From positions 1 through 46,017 of the forward strand of contig DATLVO010000333.1 in the NCBI GenBank assembly GCA_035577485.1: DNA of 46,017 nucleotides, given 5' to 3'. The first letter of the stretch is position 1; each line of letters starts with the position of its first letter. Positions 24,222 through 29,902 of the stretch are shown one piece after another. The translations under genes were made by a program, and so were the position numbers. The notes beneath the pieces were generated by a model. That model had not been told where the DNA came from, did not search any database, and saw only the letters and a program-made list of their open reading frames with translations. The stretch is from Verrucomicrobiia bacterium (GTDB lineage Bacteria; Chloroflexota; Limnocylindria; Limnocylindrales; CSP1-4).

Positions 24222-26308
24222 CCTGGGATCCGGTGCGCGGCGTGCTCGTGCTCGACCTCGAGACGAGCAGCGCGGCGGACCTCCGCCGGCTGGGGGCGCG
24301 CGCCTACGCGCGCCACCCGTCGACGGAGGTCCTCGTGCTCCGCGCCGCGTACTGGGGCGGCGAGCTCCGCGGCGGCGAGCCACTGCTTGACGAGTACGAG
24401 TGGCGGCCGGGCCGGCTCGGCGCGGCCCGGGCCTTTCTCGAGGCCGTCCGCGCCGGCGTGCGGGTCGTCGCGCACAACGCCGAGTTCGAGTTGGCGATCT
24501 GGGACCTCGTGCTGCGCCCGCGCCACGGATTCCCCGCGGTGGCGCTCGACCAGTGGGAGGACACGCAGGTCCGCGGGCTCGCCGCGAACCTACCGCCGAA
24601 GCTCGAGGGCCTAGCCCGCGCGCTCGGCTGCGCGGTCCAGAAGGACAAGGAGGGCGCCAAGCTCATGCGCGAGATGTCGACCGCGGAGCCCGACGGCCGC
24701 GGCGGCTGGAGGCGGAGCCGCGACCCGGACGACCTCGACCGGCTGTCCGAGTACTGCGCCGTCGACGTCCGGGCCACCGCCGGCTGCTGGGCGCGGCTGC
24801 AGCCCCCGTCGGTGCACGAGGAGCTGGTCGTGCGCGCCGACGCGCGGATCAACGCGCGCGGCGTCTGGCTCGACCGCGAGTTCGCCGCGCGGCTGGCGCG
24901 CATGGCCGCGTCACGATCGTCGGTGCTGCAGGACGCGGCGATCGCCGCGTCCGACTTCGACCTCGCGAACTCGACCGCCGCGCCGGCGCTCAAGGAGTGG
25001 CTCGCGCGCCGCGGCGTCCGGCTGCCGAAGGTCCCGCGCAAGCGGAAGGACGGCGTCGTGCGGATGACCGAGACCGTCGGCGCGCCCGCGGTCTCCGCGC
25101 TGCTCGCGCGCGCGGACCTGCCGCGCGACGTGCGGCTGGTGCTGGAGAACCGCGCCGAGGCGGGCAAGGCGTCGTCGCTCGCGAAGCTGGCGCGCGCCGA
25201 CGAGATGGTCTGCCCCGACGGCCGGCTGCGCAACTCGCTCCAGGTCTACGGCGCGCACACCGGGAGGTGGGCGAGCTACGGGATGCAGCTCCACAACCTG
25301 CCCAAGACGCGGCTCGGCCCCGGCGCCGCGGGACTGGCGCGGCTGGTCGTCGAGGCTGGCGACCTAGACCTGCTCGCGCGGATCGAGGACCGCCCGCTGT
25401 CGGTGCTGTCGCAGATGCTCCGTGGCGTGGTCGCTGCTCCGCCCGGACGCGAGCTGATCGGCGCGGACTTCTCCGCGATCGAGGCGCGCGTCGTCGCGTG
25501 GCTCGCCGGCCAGGAGGACGTGCTTGCGCTGCTGCGCGACTACGACGCGGCGCGGCTGCGCGGGGAGAGGCGGCAGGACCTCTACGAGTACGCGGCCGAG
25601 GCCGTCGGCTCGAGGGACCGGCAGCTCGGGAAGGTCTGCACGCTCGCGCTTGGCTACGGGATGGGCGTCGTGAAGCTGGCCGAGACCGCCGCGGGCTGGG
25701 GCGTCAGGATGACGCTCAAGGAGTTCCGCCGCGTGCAGCGGGCGTGGCGCACCGCGAACAACGCGATCGTCCAGTTCTGGGCGAGCCTGCAGGATGCCGC
25801 GCACGCGGCGGTGCGCGGCGGCCCCGGGACCCGCGTCGAGGTCGGGCGGGTCTCGATGGCGATGACCCCGGGCTGCCTGCTGATGGTGCTGCCCTCGGGA
25901 CGCGCGGTGCGCTTCTGGCGCCCGCGCGTCGACCGCGTGGTCAAGAGGGTGGAGACGGTCGACGAGGACGGGAACATCGTCACGGTCGAGTTCGAGGGCG
26001 ACGAGCTGGCGTTCTTCACGCCCGGGAAGGACGGCGCGTCGATGGCGCGCGAGACGACCTACGGCGGCAAGCTGGCCGAGAACGCGACGCAGGCCGCGTC
26101 GCGAGACCTGCTCGCCGACGCGCTGCTGCGGCTCGAGCGCGACGGCTACGAGGTCGTGCTGCACGTGCACGACTCGGTCGCAGCCGAGGTCGCTGCCGGC
26201 GCGGGCGACGTCGACGAGTTCTGCCGCGTCGTCTCGGCGCCGCCGCCGTGGGCGACCGACCTGCCGGTCGCCGCGGACGGCTACCGCGCGCGGAGGTTCC
26301 GCGGGTGA
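24218..26308 (+). CDS. Family A DNA polymerase with 3'-5' exonuclease domain
   Basis: Trimmed from track ORF 23861..26308. GTG at 24218 overlaps the upstream stop. Exonuclease motifs: VLDLETSS, HNAEFE, YCAVD. Polymerase motifs: A GADFSAIEARV, B RQLGKVCTLALGYGMG, C LHVHDSV. Confidence 0.9.
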   Translation: MTWDPVRGVLVLDLETSSAADLRRLGARAYARHPSTEVLVLRAAYWGGELRGGEPLLDEYEWRPGRLGAARAFLEAVRAGVRVVAHNAEFELAIWDLVLRPRHGFPAVALDQWEDTQVRGLAANLPPKLEGLARALGCAVQKDKEGAKLMREMSTAEPDGRGGWRRSRDPDDLDRLSEYCAVDVRATAGCWARLQPPSVHEELVVRADARINARGVWLDREFAARLARMAASRSSVLQDAAIAASDFDLANSTAAPALKEWLARRGVRLPKVPRKRKDGVVRMTETVGAPAVSALLARADLPRDVRLVLENRAEAGKASSLAKLARADEMVCPDGRLRNSLQVYGAHTGRWASYGMQLHNLPKTRLGPGAAGLARLVVEAGDLDLLARIEDRPLSVLSQMLRGVVAAPPGRELIGADFSAIEARVVAWLAGQEDVLALLRDYDAARLRGERRQDLYEYAAEAVGSRDRQLGKVCTLALGYGMGVVKLAETAAGWGVRMTLKEFRRVQRAWRTANNAIVQFWASLQDAAHAAVRGGPGTRVEVGRVSMAMTPGCLLMVLPSGRAVRFWRPRVDRVVKRVETVDEDGNIVTVEFEGDELAFFTPGKDGASMARETTYGGKLAENATQAASRDLLADALLRLERDGYEVVLHVHDSVAAEVAAGAGDVDEFCRVVSAPPPWATDLPVAADGYRARRFRG

Positions 26309-26353
26309 GCGCCCTATGGCGCGGGCGACGGGCGCGCGCTACCCTGGGACACC

Positions 26354-26464
26354 ATGGGTAACACCGAGGTCCCCCTCGTCGCCGGCGGCCAGGGCCGCAG
26401 CGCGCAGTCTCTCCGGTCCGACGCCGCGGCGCTGCTCGCGCTGGTGGTGCTGCTGTGCCAGTGA
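26354..26464 (+). CDS. Possible small membrane peptide (36 aa)
   Basis: Not in the track. Reads MGNTEVPLVAGGQGRSAQSLRSDAAALLALVVLLCQ. GC3 is high and the stop overlaps the next GTG (GTGA). It is preceded by the CTACCCTGGGA box. Confidence 0.35.
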   Translation: MGNTEVPLVAGGQGRSAQSLRSDAAALLALVVLLCQ

Positions 26465-26742
26465 CCGCCGAGCGCCCGCGCGAGGAGGTCGAGCGCGCCC
26501 GCGCGCCGGGCACGTTCCGCGCGCTCGTCGAGCTCTGCCGGTCGCGAGGCGCGGGCCGGCGCCCGGTGACGTTCGCGGCCGTCGCCCGCAGGTGCCGGAC
26601 GTCGCGCAAGCACCTCTGGTCGCTGATGCTCGGCCAGAAGGTCGCGCAGCGCCACACCGTCGAGCGCCTCGCCGCGGGCCTGCGCGTGCCGTCGGCGGTC
26701 GTCGAGGCCGCGCTCGCGCGCAGCCGGGAGCTCGCACCGTGA
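26461..26742 (+). CDS. HTH DNA-binding protein (93 aa)
   Basis: Track ORF 26455..26742; I prefer the GTG at 26461, which overlaps the upstream stop. VTFAAVARRCRTSRKHLWSLMLG is HTH-like. Confidence 0.5.
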   Translation: MTAERPREEVERARAPGTFRALVELCRSRGAGRRPVTFAAVARRCRTSRKHLWSLMLGQKVAQRHTVERLAAGLRVPSAVVEAALARSRELAP

Positions 26743-27107
26743 ACGACCGCCTCAGCGAAGCCGACATCCTGCGCGCGGAGCTGCGCGGCCTAATCAAGAA
26801 AATGGTCGCGATCGAAGCCGAGCTCGCGCGCACGGTGCCGCTCGTGCGGTTCGTCGCGGCGCTCGCCTACCGCAGCGCCGAGCCGATCGTGGTCACCGAG
26901 GAGGAGATGGACAACGCCGCCGTGATGACGGCGTTCCGGTTCAAGTTCGAGACGCTGGTCTGCCCGACGGCGCCGCGAGTCGGCAAGGTCGACTGGCGCC
27001 TCTGCAGCTACCAAACGACGGCGGCCGAGAAGGCCGAGATCATCCGCGCCCGCGACGAGGCGCGGAAGCTCGCCGGGCAGAAGATCGTCGTCCCGGGGCA
27101 GCCGTGA
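26739..27107 (+). CDS. Hypothetical protein (122 aa)
   Basis: Trimmed from track ORF 26316..27107. GTG at 26739 overlaps the upstream stop. Reads VNDRLSEADILRAELRGLIKKMVAIEAE.. Confidence 0.55.
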   Translation: MNDRLSEADILRAELRGLIKKMVAIEAELARTVPLVRFVAALAYRSAEPIVVTEEEMDNAAVMTAFRFKFETLVCPTAPRVGKVDWRLCSYQTTAAEKAEIIRARDEARKLAGQKIVVPGQP

Positions 27108-27421
27108 CCGTCACCGTCCGCAGTCCTGCCGGCCAGTCTTATACCTACAATAACGGGCAATACGTGATGCGGTCGGAGCACGGTTACACCGACCTCTATG
27201 ATCGCAAAGGCGGGAGCTTGATCGCCCAGGTCCCTAGCGACTGGCTCCTGGAGTGGACCCCGCCGTGCGTCGTCCGCGCGGCGCCCGTGGGCGCGGACGG
27301 TGCGCTCGACCTGCTGCTCAACAACGACGGCGCCGAGCTCCGTCGCGTGCACGGGCACAAGCTCGCCGAGCTCAAGCAACGGCTGCGGAAGTTCTACCAG
27401 CGCCGGAGGACGTGGCTATGA
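27104..27421 (+). CDS. Hypothetical protein (105 aa)
   Basis: Track ORF. The GTG overlaps the upstream stop. Normal composition. Confidence 0.55.
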   Translation: MTVTVRSPAGQSYTYNNGQYVMRSEHGYTDLYDRKGGSLIAQVPSDWLLEWTPPCVVRAAPVGADGALDLLLNNDGAELRRVHGHKLAELKQRLRKFYQRRRTWL

Positions 27422-27864
27422 CGACCCGTGCGAACCTGGTCGAACGCTACGAGGTCCTCGACGGCGACACCGTCCGCTGCTGGCTCGACCTCAACTACTA
27501 CGTCGGCTTCCGGGTCGACGTCCGCCTGCGCGGAATCAACTGCCCCGAGGTCGAGCCGCACGGCGGCGCCGCCCGCGCCGCGGAGTGGCCCGCCGGCGCC
27601 GCCGTCAAGGCGTGGGTCGAGCGGCTCCTGGCCGAGTGGGGCCCGCTGACGTGCCTGTCGTATCAACTCGACAAGTTCGCCGGGCGCACCGACGGGGACC
27701 TCCGCGGCGCTCGTCAAGACAGTCTCGCGAACGCCCTGATACTGGCCAGAATGGCGAAGCTCTGGGACGGCAAGGGCGAGAAGCCGACCTGGACGACTAA
27801 TGAGCTCGACGCTATCATTCTCGCGTCTAAGGCCGCCGAAACACCGCAGAGGCGGGGGCATTGA
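27418..27864 (+). CDS. Staphylococcal-nuclease-like (thermonuclease fold) protein
   Basis: Trimmed from track ORF 27253..27864 to the ATG at 27418. VLDGDTVRCWLDLNYYVGFRVDVRLRGINCPE matches the V-x-D-G-D-T ... R-L-x-G-I-D/N-x-P-E signature of SNase-like nucleases. Confidence 0.65.
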   Translation: MTTRANLVERYEVLDGDTVRCWLDLNYYVGFRVDVRLRGINCPEVEPHGGAARAAEWPAGAAVKAWVERLLAEWGPLTCLSYQLDKFAGRTDGDLRGARQDSLANALILARMAKLWDGKGEKPTWTTNELDAIILASKAAETPQRRGH

Positions 27865-27921
27865 CCGTCCCCGCGACATGCTTGTCTCCCCTCCCGAGGT
27901 AGTTGGTTGTTAGGAAAGCAG

Positions 27922-27949
27922 ACGGCCCGGCGCGCGTCGGGCCGTTTTT
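27922..27949 (+). terminator. Intrinsic terminator between the convergent early (+) and late (-) arms
   Basis: The 8-bp GC stem ACGGCCCG (27922-27929) pairs with CGGGCCGT (27938-27945) around an 8-nt loop. It is followed by TTTTT (27945-27949). It lies in the 85-nt gap between the nuclease stop and the oxygenase stop. Confidence 0.7.
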
Positions 27950-28657
27950 CTAGCCGCTCGCCGGCCGGTCGCGGAGCTTCGGGATCCGCTCGACCCAGCC
28001 GGGCGGCGGGTCGCCGTGGATCCACCCCATGAGCGCCCAGCGGCCGTGTAGCAGCTCGGCCGACCAGCACTCGACGGGCCGCACGCGGTGCATCTGCACG
28101 GGGTGAAACATCGTCAGGCGGTTGCAGCGCGGCTCGACCGCCGTGCCGTCCAAGAACTCGAGCTCGCCGCCGCGGAACATCTTCGGCGACGTGTGCACGT
28201 AGTAGGTCCAGGACAGGCGGCGCGATGGGACGATCTCGCCGTCGTAGCCCGGCGCGTCGTCGTGCCACACGAAGTGGCCGCCGTGGTGGTGCAGGGTCGC
28301 CGTCATCTCGACGTAGCGCACGTCGAAGTCGGGCACGCAGCACGGCGCGAGCGCGTTCGGGATCTCCGAGAGGATCTTCGCGCGCAGCGGCGCCGCGAGC
28401 TCGGGCGCGCGCTTGTCGACCTCGAACAGCTCGAAGTTGTAACGCTCGACGCCGGCAGAGTCGCCGCCGCGCGCCAGCGCGTGCCGGTGGTAGTAGAGCC
28501 ACCGACCGAGCTCGCGCACCCACTCCTCGGGCATCGCGTCGTCGAGCGTGCGGACCATCGCGCGCCGGAAGCGGCCGGGGATCACCGGCGGCGCCGCCTC
28601 GGCCTCGAAGCCCGGCACCGGCTCCGAGCTCGGCGGCAGGTCGACGCCCGGCGTCAC
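27950..28657 (-). CDS. 2OG-Fe(II) oxygenase, prolyl-4-hydroxylase-like (235 aa)
   Basis: Track ORF 27950..28789 trimmed. GTG at 28657 overlaps the upstream stop. HFVWHDD (H-x-D), RRLSWTYYV, FRGGELEF, LTMFHPVQMHRVRPV (distal His) and GRWALMGWI fit the 2OG-FeII_Oxy_3/P4Hc layout. Confidence 0.75.
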   Translation of the reverse strand: MTPGVDLPPSSEPVPGFEAEAAPPVIPGRFRRAMVRTLDDAMPEEWVRELGRWLYYHRHALARGGDSAGVERYNFELFEVDKRAPELAAPLRAKILSEIPNALAPCCVPDFDVRYVEMTATLHHHGGHFVWHDDAPGYDGEIVPSRRLSWTYYVHTSPKMFRGGELEFLDGTAVEPRCNRLTMFHPVQMHRVRPVECWSAELLHGRWALMGWIHGDPPPGWVERIPKLRDRPASG

Positions 28658-28926
28658 GGCAGCGTGCCGACGGCGAAGCCGACCTGGAGCAGCGCGCGCG
28701 AGCCGTCCGAGCCGACGGGTTCGAGCGCCATCGTCGGCACGAGCCGGCAGCGGTGGCGCGCGAGGAGCGCCTGGAGCTCGCGCCCGCACGCCTCGGCGCG
28801 CGACTGCGCCTCGCCGCGCGGGTCGGGCACCGGCATCCCGCGCGGCATCGGCAGCACCGGCGCGGGCTCCGGCGAGTGGTATTCGACTTCGGGCGCGGGG
28901 GAGAAGGCTTCGCCTGGATCTTCCAT
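28654..28926 (-). CDS. Pro-rich small protein (90 aa) translationally coupled to the oxygenase
   Basis: Track ORF. The N-terminal ~36 aa read MEDPGEAFSPAPEVEYHSPEPAPVLPMPRGMPVPDP and are about one-third Pro. There is no SD; a TAGCAT box lies 10 nt upstream. Confidence 0.5.
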   Translation of the reverse strand: MEDPGEAFSPAPEVEYHSPEPAPVLPMPRGMPVPDPRGEAQSRAEACGRELQALLARHRCRLVPTMALEPVGSDGSRALLQVGFAVGTLP

Positions 28927-28936
28927 GAGGCCGGCG

Positions 28937-28942
28937 ATGCTA
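28937..28942 (-). promoter_or_regulatory. Candidate -10-like box TAGCAT 10 nt upstream of the SD-less ATG at 28926
   Basis: The coding strand reads CCGGGTAGCATCGCCGGCCTCATG, within a 31-nt intergenic gap. Confidence 0.4.
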
Positions 28943-28957
28943 CCCGGCGCGGCCCGG

Positions 28958-29191
28958 CTACGCGACGACGCGGTAGCTCGGCGAGCACTGGCCGCTGGAA
29001 TCTTCGAGCTTCACGCCGACGCCCTTCCACGCTGCCGGCATGGTGAGCGTCGCGCACGGGACGGCGTGCACGGTCACCGGCGGCGAGCCGTCGTCGGGCG
29101 TGAGCATCAGGTCGGCGTAGCCCTCGGCGTCGGGGCACAGGCACACCGTGCACGTCTGGCCCGCCTTCGGCGGGTCCGGATTCCACGTCAT
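28958..29191 (-). CDS. Small Cys-containing protein (77 aa)
   Basis: Track ORF 28958..29422 trimmed to the ATG at 29191 (ATGA overlap with the upstream stop). Reads MTWNPDPPKAGQTCTVCLCPDAEGYADLMLTPDDG.. Confidence 0.5.
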   Translation of the reverse strand: MTWNPDPPKAGQTCTVCLCPDAEGYADLMLTPDDGSPPVTVHAVPCATLTMPAAWKGVGVKLEDSSGQCSPSYRVVA

Positions 29192-29475
29192 CGGCACTTG
29201 AGGATCTCCCGCCACTTGTCGAGCAGCGCGCGCGCCTGCGGGTCGCCGGCCTCGGCCGCGTCGAGCAGGACCCCGAGCGCCTCGCGGAACCCGCGGTCCC
29301 ACACGACGAGCGCGCCGCCGCGCTCGTCGCGGTCGGCGCTCCGGAGCCGCACCAGCGCGGCGTCGAGCGGCATCCGCCCGTAGTCGTCGCCGAACGCCGC
29401 CCAGCAGGTGAGCGTCGCGCACGTCGCGAAGGCCATGGCGATCGCGACGCTACTTCCGCGCCATCGGTTCGTCAT
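29188..29475 (-). CDS. Small protein with N-terminal hydrophobic signal/anchor (95 aa)
   Basis: Track ORF MTNRWRGSSVAIAMAFATCATLTCWAAF.., followed by a helical charged domain. An SD-like GGGAG sits inside the CTACCCTGGGA box upstream. Confidence 0.5.
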   Translation of the reverse strand: MTNRWRGSSVAIAMAFATCATLTCWAAFGDDYGRMPLDAALVRLRSADRDERGGALVVWDRGFREALGVLLDAAEAGDPQARALLDKWREILKCR

Positions 29476-29511
29476 GCTCCCAGGGTAGTCGCCCGGGACG
29501 CAATGGGGACC

Positions 29512-29880
29512 TTAGCTGAAAAGTCCCTGATCTTTTCCCGGCGGCTGGTGGCCGAACACCTTCGCCTGGAGCGCGACGACCTGCTTCGCGAGCTCTTGCT
29601 GCTCGTCGATGCACTGCTGGTGCCCGTCGAGGCACTTCTGGAGCGCCTCAGCGTGCTCGCGAGCGTGGCGGTCCTGCCGGCATTCGAGCTCGGCGACGCG
29701 CTTCTGCAGCCGCTCGTCGCGGCGCTCGGCGACCTCGTCGCCCTGCCGCCGCTGCTTCTCCGCGAACTCGTCGTCCTGCCGCTGCCGCTTGGTCAAGAAG
29801 TTCAGGATCATGTCGATGCCCTTGAGGGCGAGCGCGCCCGCGACCGCACAGGCTCCGCCAGTAGGTAGGCTGAGGTCCAT
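29512..29880 (-). CDS. Membrane-anchored coiled-coil protein (i-spanin- or holin-like?), 122 aa
   Basis: Track ORF 29512..30054 trimmed to the ATG at 29880. It has an N-terminal TM-like segment (LPTGGACAVAGALALKGIDMIL), then a highly charged coiled coil with 3 Cys. It lies immediately downstream of the fibre gene. Confidence 0.45.
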   Translation of the reverse strand: MDLSLPTGGACAVAGALALKGIDMILNFLTKRQRQDDEFAEKQRRQGDEVAERRDERLQKRVAELECRQDRHAREHAEALQKCLDGHQQCIDEQQELAKQVVALQAKVFGHQPPGKDQGLFS

Positions 29881-29902
29881 CGGTGGAACACCTGCGCCTT
29901 CG

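Noticed and set aside
24218-26308. Z-genome (2-aminoadenine) system suggested by a phage PolA
   Set aside because: There is no PurZ-like adenylosuccinate-synthetase homologue and no DatZ/MazZ-like gene. The polymerase sits in the ordinary DUF2800/DUF2815 module.
24400-26361. 653-aa plus-strand ORF overlapping polA out of frame
   Set aside because: It is extremely Arg/Gly/Ala-rich. The polA frame contains all exonuclease and polymerase motifs.
29503-29868. 121-aa plus-strand ORF antisense to the membrane/coiled-coil gene
   Set aside because: It is Leu/Arg/Glu-rich, the mirror image of the coiled-coil codons. The minus-strand frame has a TM segment plus heptads and fits the operon. A GGTAGT box upstream is not of the TAnnnT type.
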